NCBI GenBank assembly: GCA_028285655.1
Contig: JANQOT010000009.1
Span: forward strand, 1-54,954
Source of the DNA: Gammaproteobacteria bacterium
GTDB lineage: Bacteria; Pseudomonadota; Gammaproteobacteria; UBA4575
Reading direction: 5' to 3'
Length of the DNA: 54,954 bases
The translations under genes and the position numbers were made by a program. Of the stretch, positions 7,116 through 17,270 are shown piece by piece (the first letter of the stretch is position 1; each line of letters begins with the position of its first letter). The notes under the pieces are model-generated. The model was not told where the DNA came from and did no database searches. It worked only from the letters and a program-made list of their open reading frames with translations.

Positions 7116-8873
7116 CTACGGTGTGACGGAGAAATTGTTCAGCATATATTTGGCAATATTGCTGGCACAGGTAGCGTCGCAGTTTGCCTCAGCATTTGGA
7201 GGCATTTCTGCTTCCAGGTAAGTAGTCAGTTCTGCTTCGTTTAAACAGTCAATGACACCACACATGTTATTCACCGGACCGATATTGAAATCGTATATGA
7301 TTGGATTGCCTAGTCCGGTAGCGCCATGGCAAAGTACGCAGTTATTTAAAGCATTTTCATATGCTGCTTTACCGGCGATAAATGCATCGTCATCTCTGTT
7401 GGTAACGGTAACATCCGCAACATCGTTGGCAGTAAGGGCGTCATACCCGGCATCGCCGCTGGTGGGGTCTCCGGTAACAATCGTATATTGAACATCGCCA
7501 TCGATCACGGTTTCGTCCACGCCAGTGACAGTAACAGTCTGCGGCATATTCCAGTTCGCCGTCGTGAAAGTGAGTGAAGTCGGATTCACGCTGCCTTCGG
7601 TCGGTGTTCCGCTGGAAATCGGAATTGTGACATCTGCGCTGGGCATGGTTTGCAGTACGACCGTAAAGGTATTGGGTCCGGGTCCGGCGCCGACTTCTGC
7701 GGTAATTAAACCCATAGTGGGGTTAACCGTTACACCGGCAGGTGGCGGGACTTCGTTGTCGTTATTGGTCAACGAAACATCGGACGGATTTATAACACTA
7801 TAGTCAGGATCTGCGCTGGTAATCGTAGTCATGACCATATATGCGATGTTTCCGTCCAGTACCAGGTCATCTACACCCGTTACGGTAACCGTTTGCAGTG
7901 TGCTGAAATTACCGCTATTGAAAGTGACTGCAGCTGGCGCAACAGTTCCTTCGGCAGTGTTGGAGCTGACAAAGTTAATTGTGACATCTACCGACGGTGC
8001 GGTACTTAGCGATACATCAAACGTTGCCGAAGTTCCGTTTTCGTCGGTAATCAAGCCGCTTACCTGGCTGATATTAACTGCTGCAGGAATAGCCACGTCG
8101 TCATCATTATTTACAAGATCAACTTCACTTGGGTTGGCAGCCAGGTTGCTGTAATCGGCATCGGCACTAATTGCAGCCGCGAAGATAACCTTGTATGCGA
8201 TGTTGCCGTCGACGTTGCCGTCATCGACACCTGTCACAACTACTGATTGTGGTTGATTCCAGTTGCTTGCATTAAAGCTCAGCATTGCCGTGCTTACGGT
8301 GCCTTCGTTGACATTGTCGCTGCTGACGCCGATGTTTACATCTGCGGTAGGCGCAGTGTCGAGAACCACCGTAATGGTTTCTGTTGCGCCGGATTCATCG
8401 GTAGTCGGATTGGCGGCGGCGGTAACGGTAATTCCAGGGGTTGCTGGCGGCGGTGGATTCGCGCCTGAACTAAACCACTGGTCCAGCATAAATACGGCAA
8501 TGTCGTGCGCACAGCTGCCTTGAGTTGTTCCCGTGCAAGCGCCGGGTCCGGCGCCGACATTCGGCATCGTAGCAGCTATAGACGCCGCCAATGTTGCAAC
8601 ATCTGTGCAGGAAGGACAGGTCGTGGGTGAAACAGTATTAATAGCGTTGAACGCCAAGCCTTCACCGTTAGCCCCGTGGCAGCCTACGCAACCCAGAGAG
8701 GCTTGTTGATAAAATGCAGCACCGCTTTGCACTACGGAATTGTTGGTGCTTACCGTGGTAGTCATTGTGGAACCAGGTCCTTCGGTGCTTTCACCCGAAG
8801 AACTACCACCGCACGCACTTAAGAAAATTGCGATAAAAGCAATTGCTGTAATGGCTCTGATTGCCTGATACAT
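7116..8873 (-). CDS. Lipoprotein with N- and C-terminal c-type cytochrome domains flanking three ~105-aa beta-sandwich repeats
   Basis: 585 aa. Lipobox FLSAC. Two CxxCH motifs (CVGCH near the N-terminus, CVLCH near the C-terminus). Three internal repeats have the pattern EG(T/S)V...(L/V)(S/T)F...N(W/F)(N/S)...Q(S/T)V(V/T)VTGVD(D/E)...DG...Y (Calx-beta/cadherin-like by pattern only). Confidence 0.8.
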   Translation of the reverse strand: MYQAIRAITAIAFIAIFLSACGGSSSGESTEGPGSTMTTTVSTNNSVVQSGAAFYQQASLGCVGCHGANGEGLAFNAINTVSPTTCPSCTDVATLAASIAATMPNVGAGPGACTGTTQGSCAHDIAVFMLDQWFSSGANPPPPATPGITVTAAANPTTDESGATETITVVLDTAPTADVNIGVSSDNVNEGTVSTAMLSFNASNWNQPQSVVVTGVDDGNVDGNIAYKVIFAAAISADADYSNLAANPSEVDLVNNDDDVAIPAAVNISQVSGLITDENGTSATFDVSLSTAPSVDVTINFVSSNTAEGTVAPAAVTFNSGNFSTLQTVTVTGVDDLVLDGNIAYMVMTTITSADPDYSVINPSDVSLTNNDNEVPPPAGVTVNPTMGLITAEVGAGPGPNTFTVVLQTMPSADVTIPISSGTPTEGSVNPTSLTFTTANWNMPQTVTVTGVDETVIDGDVQYTIVTGDPTSGDAGYDALTANDVADVTVTNRDDDAFIAGKAAYENALNNCVLCHGATGLGNPIIYDFNIGPVNNMCGVIDCLNEAELTTYLEAEMPPNAEANCDATCASNIAKYMLNNFSVTP

Positions 8874-9237
8874 TTTTTCGACCCCTCAAGGTTTCCTGTC
8901 TTACACGGCTGTTTCATAAAAGCAGCACGTAGTTTGTTCAGAGTTTCATGTTTCTTTATTCACTGTGATGCTTATCAACAGCGGTATGTGAACTCTGTCT
9001 ATTTTTGTAGTGAGGTATTTTTGAGTATTTATTCCGGTAGAAATCTCGCTACCGATAAGTGGCGGCTTTCAACCTATAAAAGGTAGTCGATCGTTTGTGA
9101 GTGCATGATGCCGATGACGTGGCGTGCGCGGATATTGCCGAAAGCAAAATCCAGCGAAATATTGAGGGTTAATTTGAATTTAAAAGCGGTATTGGTCCGA
9201 AGCGGGCATCTGTAATCGGGACAATTTAACCTCAGAT

Positions 9238-9519
9238 TCAACAGGAATGGGAAACGTTCTCGGGTCGTAAATGCATATCGCGCATCGCTTCGACATAGGC
9301 GCGTGCGCTTTGCGCAAATTCTAAAAACTCGTCTTTTGAAATATCCGCAAACAATTGCCAATAAGGCGATTCGCAAAATCCGATATACAGTCCGCCCAGA
9401 TCGCGACATTCGCAGTAAGAAATAATCAGTTTTTTATGTAGGTAATGCGGTCGCGAATTTAGTGAGCAGGTGGAACATAGCGTACAAATACCGCGTTCGG
9501 CAAGCTTGTTTTCTTTCAT
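9238..9519 (-). CDS. Cys-rich hypothetical protein
   Basis: 93 aa, ATG start. CTLCSTC...CEC...C arrangement. No family recognised. Confidence 0.45.
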   Translation of the reverse strand: MKENKLAERGICTLCSTCSLNSRPHYLHKKLIISYCECRDLGGLYIGFCESPYWQLFADISKDEFLEFAQSARAYVEAMRDMHLRPENVSHSC

Positions 9520-9830
9520 TTTCCAACATAGGTAGTTTTCATTTGCGCAAAATTATTAGCGTTGAATGTTACGTCTGTATGAATAAGGAAGGAATGGAAC
9601 AAATTCTGGTATGAGTGAACATGATTTTCAGAATTGCTCTGTTTGCAATGGGATACAAAAAATTGTCACAAAATCGTGTTGATGGATGGTGTTGTTTGAC
9701 GGATGAGAAGCACCATCATTTGTTGACCGATTACTCATTTCAGGAGTAAAACTTCGCTGTAACATAAGCATGTAACAAAGATTGTATCTACTCGCAGGGA
9801 CGAGAATTGCTCAACTGGAGGGCAGTAAAC

Positions 9831-10178
9831 ATGAAGGATATGGTGATCGATGCATGTCGTTGGTACATAGACGATAATTCAGAAGAAAATATTAAGCAAA
9901 AAATAGCTGAAGACTTCAAGAATCGTTATATTCCGCTGTTGCAGTTTTTCGAGGAAACGGGTCTTACCCGTACCAGAAAAATAAAAAAAGGAAATAACGA
10001 CTGGCTGGACTTCGAATTAAAAATGTCAGATTTTACGGACGAAGGGCTGGAATTGCTTATGCTCTGCCACGACAAATGGCTGGATGCAATTGCACGCGGG
10101 TCAAATCCGCAAAATATTGCACTATGGCAACGTCAGTTAAACAAGTTAAGAGAAGAAGATCCCATGATGCTGCATTAA
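9831..10178 (+). CDS. Hypothetical protein
   Basis: The track ORF starts at TTG 9807. The ATG at 9831 is preceded by GGAGGG with an 8-nt spacer. 115 aa, no family recognised. Confidence 0.55.
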   Translation: MKDMVIDACRWYIDDNSEENIKQKIAEDFKNRYIPLLQFFEETGLTRTRKIKKGNNDWLDFELKMSDFTDEGLELLMLCHDKWLDAIARGSNPQNIALWQRQLNKLREEDPMMLH

Positions 10179-10193
10179 TAGCGTCGCTCGGCG

Positions 10194-10682
10194 CTATTTG
10201 ATCATGGTGTAGATATAAAATTCGTAAGTAACCAAACCTGTATATATAAACAAGGCAAACATCAGCATTACGTCTACCCGCAACCAGTTAAAAACACGCG
10301 AATGATAGTGTGCGACCAGTATTACAACGCACACTGACGTCATTGCAATCTTCGTGATAATAAACGTGTTTGCTCCTTGCCTTAATAAATAATCCATAAT
10401 CGGATTTATTTCCACTGCGCCGTTATTCAGCAAATGCATGGTCATGGCGGCGTCTATTATGGATAGAAGAAGTAAGGCCAACCCCATTACCAGCAGTTTG
10501 ACATCGTACCAGTCGGTCTGGTGATAGAGATAATCCGCGCGACGCGGCCCGCGACGGCGACATTTAATACAACCAATCAGAAACCCTTTGAATGTCGGAT
10601 TACGGCGATCGCTGACTGCTCTACGTTCCAGGGCCAGTTGAGCGTCAGAGGTAAGATCTTCCCGGCTTTCTAGTGTGCTCAT
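10194..10682 (-). CDS. DUF5658-like integral membrane protein with N-terminal ERRxxSDRR motif
   Basis: 162 aa. Cytoplasmic Arg-rich N-terminus (ERRAVSDRRNP...CRRRGPRR) followed by about 4 TM helices. The family assignment is from memory of the pattern. Confidence 0.6.
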   Translation of the reverse strand: MSTLESREDLTSDAQLALERRAVSDRRNPTFKGFLIGCIKCRRRGPRRADYLYHQTDWYDVKLLVMGLALLLLSIIDAAMTMHLLNNGAVEINPIMDYLLRQGANTFIITKIAMTSVCVVILVAHYHSRVFNWLRVDVMLMFALFIYTGLVTYEFYIYTMIK

Positions 10683-10908
10683 GGATTAACGTGGGTCTTA
10701 TGCGGTTGAAAGGTTGGGATACTATCCCATAATTACTTTAAAAAATCGCCATAAAAGTTTGAACTACACCACATTTTATCTTTCGTTTGCATGAGTATTG
10801 AGCGACTTTGAGGCTTGCTGCGCACTTTTCAACTTTAAAATCAGGGGGCAAGAGGTTGTTGACGGTTGATCGACAACTGTCTCAAAACTGGAGAATTTTC
10901 TGGATTCG

Positions 10909-10939
10909 AGAAAAACAAGCCGGTGATTCCCACCGGCTT
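10909..10939 (-). terminator. Rho-independent terminator
   Basis: AAGCCGGTG-attcc-CACCGGCTT hairpin, followed on the minus strand by GTTTTTCT, 25 nt after the stop at 10964. Confidence 0.75.
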
Positions 10940-10963
10940 ATTGGGAATCGAGGATTACGAGGG

Positions 10964-11707
10964 TCAGCTTTTCTCGTGTAACTGTAACTGAACGATCTGC
11001 GGCTGATTATCGATGTTGATCGAAACTCGTAAAGCGTTTAAAGAGCTGATTTCCTGGTCGCCCGGGAAGAATAGAAATCCGTAGGCGATTTCACCGGTTT
11101 CGATACTGCGGTATTCAAACGAATGGTTGGCAAGATCTTCACGTATTTCCTGTCCGATTTCCTGATAGCGTTTGGCGCCCCCGATCACGGCACCAGCGGC
11201 CGCCCCGGCTGCGGCGCCTCGACCGGCACCTTCGGCTGCGCTATCCCCGGTAACAACCCCGGCAGCCGCACCAACCAACGCTCCGGTGGCAGCAAGTAGC
11301 ACTGCCGGCTTGGCTGCACCCTTGGCGGTTTCGCCGAGTTCGACGTGACGGTTAACCCGTCGGTACGCCTGGTCGTAGGTAAGCAACGGCCATGCCTGGT
11401 TTTCGGCATCGATTAAAAAAGTCTGGTCGCCACGAATCTCGATTTCGCCCTTTGATTTGTTATCCAGCACAAATCGAACCGGTACTACGCCGGCACCGCG
11501 AATATCGAATCCAAATGCTCGTTCGGCAGCGTCGGGCTGCAAATAGGCTTCTGCATACAAGCCGACTCCGTTGACTTCAAGTCCACCTGTTTGTTCGCTG
11601 GGAAGAGGTACAGGCGCGACCTTATCGCCGTAAGTAGAGCATGCGCTGACCATGAATAAAGAAAAAAGCGCGGCGGCGCCAACCGTAATGGATTTGGGGG
11701 CAATCAT
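10964..11707 (-). CDS. Lipoprotein with glycine-zipper region
   Basis: 247 aa. Signal peptide plus lipobox MVSAC. Gly/Ala zipper AATGALVGAAAGVVTG...GAAAGAAAGAVIGG. Confidence 0.7.
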   Translation of the reverse strand: MIAPKSITVGAAALFSLFMVSACSTYGDKVAPVPLPSEQTGGLEVNGVGLYAEAYLQPDAAERAFGFDIRGAGVVPVRFVLDNKSKGEIEIRGDQTFLIDAENQAWPLLTYDQAYRRVNRHVELGETAKGAAKPAVLLAATGALVGAAAGVVTGDSAAEGAGRGAAAGAAAGAVIGGAKRYQEIGQEIREDLANHSFEYRSIETGEIAYGFLFFPGDQEISSLNALRVSINIDNQPQIVQLQLHEKS

Positions 11708-11787
11708 AATGAGTTCCTCGCTGAAGGTGCGTGTTTTAAATATTAGTCTCTTAATGAGACACGGAGTTCAGCGGAAATATGACAGGC

Positions 11788-12867
11788 TTAAATATATTGC
11801 CTTTTAACTCGCTGTGCGATGCCGCATAAAAGTTCATAACTGATTGTATTTGCGGCGCGCGCGACGTCGGTAACAGAAATATCCATTCCCCAGAATTCTA
11901 CTTCGTCCCCGATATCGGCCTCGATTTCGTTGACGTCTATGGTAATCATGTCCATGGAAACATTGCCGACGATGGGTGCGTGTTTTCCATCAATACTGAT
12001 GTGTACGGTTTCATTCAGACTACGAGGATACCCGTCGGCATAGCCCAGTGCGGCGACTGCAACACGCATGTCCTGCGGACAAGTATACGTTCCGCCATAG
12101 CCGATACGATCTCCTTTGCTGCAATTTTTAATGGAAATTATCGGTGCGTGTAAAGACATCGCGGGAAGCAAATCGCTGGTATCCGGTTGCGAATGTCCGG
12201 ATTGAAACGGAGAGATCCCATATAATGCAAGACCGGGTCGAACCCAGTCGTAATGAGAATTGGAAAACGCCAGGGTTGCAGCCGAGTTTGCTGCGCTCTT
12301 CTCTCCATCTGGCATATCTTTACAAGCCTGTTCGAATAATTGCAATTGACGTTGAGTGGTTTTTTCATCGAGTAAATCCGCATTGGCGAAATGCGTCATT
12401 AATCTAATTTTTGCAACACGCTCGGTATCCAGTATTTGCTGGTAAACTTTGGCTGCTTCTTGCGGTGCCACACCCAAACGCGACATGCCGGTGTCAATTT
12501 TTAACCAGGCCTGGATAGGCTGTTTTAATTTACTGCCGCCAAGCAGTTTGATTTGATAATCACTGTGAATGACGGCTTGCACATTTGCATCCGCTATTTG
12601 CTGCAACTGTTGACTGTCGGCAAATCCCTGCAAACAAACAATAGGGTGCAGTATTCCTGCGGAACGCAGTGCCAACGCTTCATTGGCGCAAGCGACCGCG
12701 AAGGCGTCGGCTTGATGCAGTGCGCGAGCGGCCTCGACCAGACCATGACCATATGCATCGGCTTTAACCACAGCCATAATTTTCGACTGTGGTGCAAATT
12801 TACGCAGAGTGTTGAGATTGTGGGTCAAGTGTTCTAAGCGTATTACGGCATACGCAGAACGTATCAT
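11788..12867 (-). CDS. alr: Alanine racemase
   Basis: 359 aa. PLP-lysine motif AVVKADAYGHG. Position downstream of dnaB as in many gammaproteobacteria; overlaps the dnaB stop by 4 nt. Confidence 0.92.
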   Translation of the reverse strand: MIRSAYAVIRLEHLTHNLNTLRKFAPQSKIMAVVKADAYGHGLVEAARALHQADAFAVACANEALALRSAGILHPIVCLQGFADSQQLQQIADANVQAVIHSDYQIKLLGGSKLKQPIQAWLKIDTGMSRLGVAPQEAAKVYQQILDTERVAKIRLMTHFANADLLDEKTTQRQLQLFEQACKDMPDGEKSAANSAATLAFSNSHYDWVRPGLALYGISPFQSGHSQPDTSDLLPAMSLHAPIISIKNCSKGDRIGYGGTYTCPQDMRVAVAALGYADGYPRSLNETVHISIDGKHAPIVGNVSMDMITIDVNEIEADIGDEVEFWGMDISVTDVARAANTISYELLCGIAQRVKRQYI

Positions 12868-14270
12868 ACAGGGCTCTCGCTGGTATAAATTTCGGGCACG
12901 TAGTTTTCAAATCGTGTGAACGGACCCAGAAATGTCAAGCGGGATTTAAATATCGGTCCGTTGCGCTGTTTGGCGACAATAATTTCTGCCGTGCCTTTAT
13001 CGGGACTGTCTTCGTTATAGACTTCATCGCGATAAATGAACACAATCAAATCGGCGTCTTGCTCGATTGCGCCCGATTCGCGTAAATCCGACATCACCGG
13101 TCGTTTATCTGTGCGTTGTTCCAGACTTCGATTTAACTGCGAGAGCGCGATTACCGGCACGTCCAGTTCTTTAGCCAATGCTTTAAGTGAACGCGATATT
13201 TCCGAAATTTCATTGGTGCGGTTTTCGCTGCTGCCGGTAACCTGCATTAACTGTAAATAATCGACCACGATTAAAGACAGCCCGTGTTCGCGCTTCAGGC
13301 GTCGAGCACGCGCGCGCAATTCAATCGGACTTAATGCCGGGCTGTCGTCAATGAATAATTTCGATTCTGACAGCATGGAGACCGCACTGGTCAGGCGTGG
13401 CCAATCTTCATCGGAAAGTTTGCCGGTACGAATTCGCGTTTGATTAATGCGCCCGATCGAAGAAAGCATGCGCATGGTTAATTGATGGCTGGGCATTTCC
13501 ATACTGAAAATCGCCACGCTGGCCTGTTTGCGGATAACGGCGTATTCCGCCATATTCATGGCCAGACTGGTTTTACCCATCGATGGCCGTCCGGCGACGA
13601 CAATTAAATCCCCGTTTTGCAGGCCTGAAGTATTTTCATCAAACTCGTCGAATCCAGTAGGTAAGCCGGTAATCGGATCATCGCGTTCAAACAATTCATC
13701 GATGCGTTCAACAGTTGTTTTCAGTAATTCTTTAATGCCGACAAATCCGCGCAGGCGCTGTGCGCCCTGATCGCCGATTTCGAATATTTTCTTTTCCGCA
13801 ATATCCAGCAATTCTTTGCTGTCGCGTCCCTGGGTTTGATACGCCGAGCTTGCAATATCGGTCGCAACAGTCGCCAGGTTGCGCAGGATGGATTTTTCCC
13901 GAACGATATCGGCGTATGCGGCGATATTGGCTGCGGTCGGCGTCTCTTTGGCCAGCGTGGCAATATAAGCTGCGATATTTTGTGTATTGATGCCGGCGGC
14001 GTCTTCAGAGTGGGTGATTTTATCCGCCAGAGTGACAACGTCGAACGGTTGGCTTTGATGAGCGAGCTCGGCAATGGCACGATAAATAATACGGTGGTCG
14101 AATATATGAAAGTCTTCTTCGACAAGAATGTCGGCGATCTGATCCCAACTGCCGTTTTCCAGCATCAGACCACCCAGCACGGCTTGCTCGGCTTCTAAAG
14201 AGTAGGGTGGCGTGCGCAGAGATTCTGCGTTGGGTGCGGAAAATGCCGTGTTTGAAATAACTTCTTCCAT
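12864..14270 (-). CDS. dnaB: Replicative DNA helicase DnaB
   Basis: PPYSLEAEQAVLGGLM N-terminal motif, Walker A GRPSMGKTS, and the RecA-like C-terminus. The track start (14288) is TTG; the first ATG is 14270. Confidence 0.93.
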   Translation of the reverse strand: MEEVISNTAFSAPNAESLRTPPYSLEAEQAVLGGLMLENGSWDQIADILVEEDFHIFDHRIIYRAIAELAHQSQPFDVVTLADKITHSEDAAGINTQNIAAYIATLAKETPTAANIAAYADIVREKSILRNLATVATDIASSAYQTQGRDSKELLDIAEKKIFEIGDQGAQRLRGFVGIKELLKTTVERIDELFERDDPITGLPTGFDEFDENTSGLQNGDLIVVAGRPSMGKTSLAMNMAEYAVIRKQASVAIFSMEMPSHQLTMRMLSSIGRINQTRIRTGKLSDEDWPRLTSAVSMLSESKLFIDDSPALSPIELRARARRLKREHGLSLIVVDYLQLMQVTGSSENRTNEISEISRSLKALAKELDVPVIALSQLNRSLEQRTDKRPVMSDLRESGAIEQDADLIVFIYRDEVYNEDSPDKGTAEIIVAKQRNGPIFKSRLTFLGPFTRFENYVPEIYTSESPV

Positions 14271-14299
14271 TGGCGATACAAGCAACAAGTATTAAAGTT

Positions 14300-14749
14300 T
14301 TACTCTTCCGCTACAATCTCGACAGCGATAGTGACATTAACATCAGTGTGCAAATGTAATCCGACTTCGTACTCGCCGATACTGCGAAAAGCGCCGTCGG
14401 GCATGCGCACTTCACGTTTTTCTACCTGATGCCCTTGCGCGTGTAATGCTTCTACGACATCCACATTGCTGACCGAGCCGAACAGCTTGCCTTCGCCGGC
14501 TTCTTTGGCGGCAATAGTGAGTTTAATTCCTTCCAGTTTTTCTTTTCGTTTTTCCGCTTCTTCCAGCGCAGCGGACGCCTGTGCTTCAAGTTCCGCACGG
14601 CGCGCTTCAAACTCGGCAATATTTTCAGCGGTCGCAAATTTGGCGATTCCTTGCGGAATTAAATAATTGCGAGCATATCCGGGGCGTACGGTGACTTTTT
14701 CACCCAGTTCTCCCAAATTATCAACTTTACTCAATAAAATAACTTCCAT
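14300..14749 (-). CDS. rplI: 50S ribosomal protein L9
   Basis: 149 aa. MEVILLSKVDNLGELGEKVTVRPGYARNYLIPQG is the canonical L9 N-terminus. Confidence 0.95.
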   Translation of the reverse strand: MEVILLSKVDNLGELGEKVTVRPGYARNYLIPQGIAKFATAENIAEFEARRAELEAQASAALEEAEKRKEKLEGIKLTIAAKEAGEGKLFGSVSNVDVVEALHAQGHQVEKREVRMPDGAFRSIGEYEVGLHLHTDVNVTIAVEIVAEE

Positions 14750-14792
14750 CTGATTTTCCTTTGAATTTCAAAAACTAATTTCATTAATCGCA

Positions 14793-15695
14793 CTAAACGC
14801 GTTTACGAATATTTATAAACTCCTCACTCAAGCCGAATAGCATGACGACAAACAAAGCCTGGGGTACAAAGATCACCAATAAGTAGGTGATTATTAACCA
14901 TAGCTTGCCTTTTGTCATGGTGCCGGTAACTTTATGAATTACCGCCATTCCTTGCAGGAAGAATAAAAGCCCGATCACAACACTTAATTGGGCGGCAGCG
15001 AATGAACTGGAAAAAAAAGCCCAGGCGCCCAGCAGCAGTGCCGCAATAGCCAGCACTTTGCCCAGTCTAAATTCCAGAAACTCTTGCCGGTAATCAATTG
15101 AATCATTACGTAAGCAATGCCACCAGCGTCCCAGCATTAACGCGGTGCAGTGCATAAGCACCATGGATGCCAGCAGCATGCCGCTCATAAATTGAGCGCT
15201 AACCTGTATCAGTTTCGTTTTACGTTCGGCGGTATACTGCTGCGCGTCCAGCCATGCGCCCAGCATATCATTCAAAATATTTTCCCAGATAAGATGAATA
15301 TTCGGTAGCGCCGCCCAAATACCCAGTAACCCGACAATGCCCAGAACAACGGCCGCCTGAAATGAAAAGGACAGCGATTGAGTACGATAATAAATAATTG
15401 CCAGCACCAGGCTGGGAATGAACAAAGATAACGCGGCTGAAATTCCCAACGCAGGATGCCCCAAAAATGCAACACTGCAAACGGCGAGCGCTACCGCAGC
15501 ACTGGCGGCAATTAGAACACCGTTTTTGGGTCCGGCATGCAGGGTCACTAACACAATAGCGCCACCGGCTGCGATTGCGCTTAACGGAAAAATAAATGTC
15601 AGCAGGGCGAATCCGAACACTGCCGTAAAGGCTGCAAAGTGGCCGGATAAAATAAAGCTGGCGAGGCTCTTGTTCATTGCTACTTGTTTTTTCAT
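14793..15695 (-). CDS. Multi-pass membrane protein (DUF2232-like) inside the rpsF-rplI operon
   Basis: 300 aa, highly hydrophobic throughout, located between rpsR and rplI. Alternative ATG at 15677. Confidence 0.7.
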   Translation of the reverse strand: MKKQVAMNKSLASFILSGHFAAFTAVFGFALLTFIFPLSAIAAGGAIVLVTLHAGPKNGVLIAASAAVALAVCSVAFLGHPALGISAALSLFIPSLVLAIIYYRTQSLSFSFQAAVVLGIVGLLGIWAALPNIHLIWENILNDMLGAWLDAQQYTAERKTKLIQVSAQFMSGMLLASMVLMHCTALMLGRWWHCLRNDSIDYRQEFLEFRLGKVLAIAALLLGAWAFFSSSFAAAQLSVVIGLLFFLQGMAVIHKVTGTMTKGKLWLIITYLLVIFVPQALFVVMLFGLSEEFINIRKRV

Positions 15696-15717
15696 CCCGC
15701 GTTTCCGCGGGTGCGAA

Positions 15718-15942
15718 CTAGTGTTGGTCGCTGTACGGGAGTAGCGCTAAGTAGCGAGCCCGTTTAATCGCGGTCGTCAGCTGGCGTTGATACCGTGCCT
15801 TGGTGCCGGTAATACGACTCGGAACAATTTTTCCGGTTTCGGTAATGAAGTCTTTAAGCAAGTCGATATCTTTATAATCAATATGCTTGATACCTTCTTC
15901 GGTAAAACGGCAGTATCTTCTTCTGCGAAAATAACGAGACAT
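15718..15942 (-). CDS. rpsR: 30S ribosomal protein S18
   Basis: 74 aa. FRRRRYCRF...IDYKD...ITGT(K)ARYQRQL is canonical S18. Confidence 0.95.
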   Translation of the reverse strand: MSRYFRRRRYCRFTEEGIKHIDYKDIDLLKDFITETGKIVPSRITGTKARYQRQLTTAIKRARYLALLPYSDQH

Positions 15943-15944
15943 AA

Positions 15945-16409
15945 TTATTCCTCCTCAACGGCTTCGGCAACAGCTTCCGCTGCCGGTTCTGAATCTGCGG
16001 GGGTTGCATCGGCCGAACGACCGGATGCTTCGCTGGATGTTGTATCCGCGGCCGGTGTTGTTTCGCGGCTTTCGCGTTCACGTTCTTTTTCCAGCGACTT
16101 CATCATTGGAGAAGGTTCGGTAACAGCTTCGTTACAGGCGATTACCATGTGGCGTAAAACGGCATCGTTGAAACGGAAAGCGCTGACCAGTTCGTCAAGT
16201 GTTTCCTGGTTTGTCTCGATATTAAAAAGCACATAATGCGCTTTCAGAATTTTATTAATAGGGTAAGCAAGTATGCGACGGCCCCAGTCTTCCTGGCGAT
16301 GTATTTTGCCGCCTCCGGATTCGATCATGCTTTTGTAGCGATCGACCATGGCCGACACTTGCTCGCTTTGGTCCGGGTGGACCAGAAATACGATTTCGTA
16401 ATGTCTCAT
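15945..16409 (-). CDS. rpsF: 30S ribosomal protein S6 (long acidic C-terminal tail)
   Basis: [18 protein letters not shown] is the canonical S6 N-terminus. AAGGAG RBS. The tail ends in EEE. Confidence 0.95.
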   Translation of the reverse strand: MRHYEIVFLVHPDQSEQVSAMVDRYKSMIESGGGKIHRQEDWGRRILAYPINKILKAHYVLFNIETNQETLDELVSAFRFNDAVLRHMVIACNEAVTEPSPMMKSLEKERERESRETTPAADTTSSEASGRSADATPADSEPAAEAVAEAVEEE

Positions 16410-16509
16410 TGTTGCTCCTTATGGACGTAGGCCTCCCGTGGACATTCGCGGTGAGGCAAGGTAGCGGGTTAAATAAAGCAGCGCAGTGTACGCGAGCCAA
16501 TGGCAAGAT

Positions 16510-17265
16510 TCAATTTTTAACCGCGGACTGGCGCTGGCGTACCGCTTCATACAGGAACAGGCCAGTAGCCACAGAAACATTAAGGCTTTCGACCGACCCC
16601 AGCATGGGCAGGGAGTACAGCTGATCACAACTTTCCCGGGTCAGACGGCGCAGTCCCTGACCTTCGGCGCCCATGACTATGGCGGTTGGATTACACAAAT
16701 TGGCGGTATAAATAGAGGCTGTCGCAGTACCGTCCGCGCCGTGAATCCAGACGCCGGCCTGTTTGAGTTTTTCTATACCGCGCGCAAGATTGGGTGTACG
16801 AACAATCGGCAAATGCACGGTCGCACCGGAAGCCACTTTATGTACGGTCGGTGTCAGGGGTGCGCTGTGATGCTGCGGCAGGATTACCGCGTCGACGCCG
16901 GCAGCATCGGCGGTGCGCAAGCATGCTCCCAGGTTATGCGGATCGCTGACGCCATCAAGTACCAGGTATAAAGGTGCGGTTGTGTAATCCCGGCATTGGT
17001 CGAGCAGATCCTGTTCGTCCGCCAGTGGTGTTGCCGAGCAACTGGCGGCAATGCCCTGGTGTTGCGAATTGTCACACCATTGATCAAGTTTTTTGCGCTC
17101 GATGAATTGCACCGAAATACCGAACTGTTTTGCTTGTTGAATAAGTTGTTCAATGCGCTTGTTGGTTTTATTTTGCTCGACCCAGATCGCGTGCGCACGT
17201 TCCGGATGGTGACGCAACAAGGCAGCGACGGTATGAATCCCGGGCAGAAATTCTTTTTTACTCAT
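16510..17265 (-). CDS. rlmB: 23S rRNA (guanosine-2'-O)-methyltransferase RlmB (SpoU/TrmH family)
   Basis: 251 aa. SpoU motifs (LDGVSDPHNLGACLRTA, SLNVSVA). Directly downstream of rnr as in E. coli. Confidence 0.9.
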   Translation of the reverse strand: MSKKEFLPGIHTVAALLRHHPERAHAIWVEQNKTNKRIEQLIQQAKQFGISVQFIERKKLDQWCDNSQHQGIAASCSATPLADEQDLLDQCRDYTTAPLYLVLDGVSDPHNLGACLRTADAAGVDAVILPQHHSAPLTPTVHKVASGATVHLPIVRTPNLARGIEKLKQAGVWIHGADGTATASIYTANLCNPTAIVMGAEGQGLRRLTRESCDQLYSLPMLGSVESLNVSVATGLFLYEAVRQRQSAVKN

Positions 17266-17270
17266 AACCT

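Noticed and set aside
9074-9409. ORF 9074..9409(-), 111 aa
   Set aside because: It overlaps the better-supported Cys-rich ORF 9238..9519 in another frame. It has no RBS or motif support. It could at most be a remnant.
16410-16505. rpsF 5' leader as the S6:S18 autoregulatory RNA motif
   Set aside because: This is plausible from position alone, but I could not convincingly fold the conserved hairpin and bulge by eye, so it was not reported as a feature.
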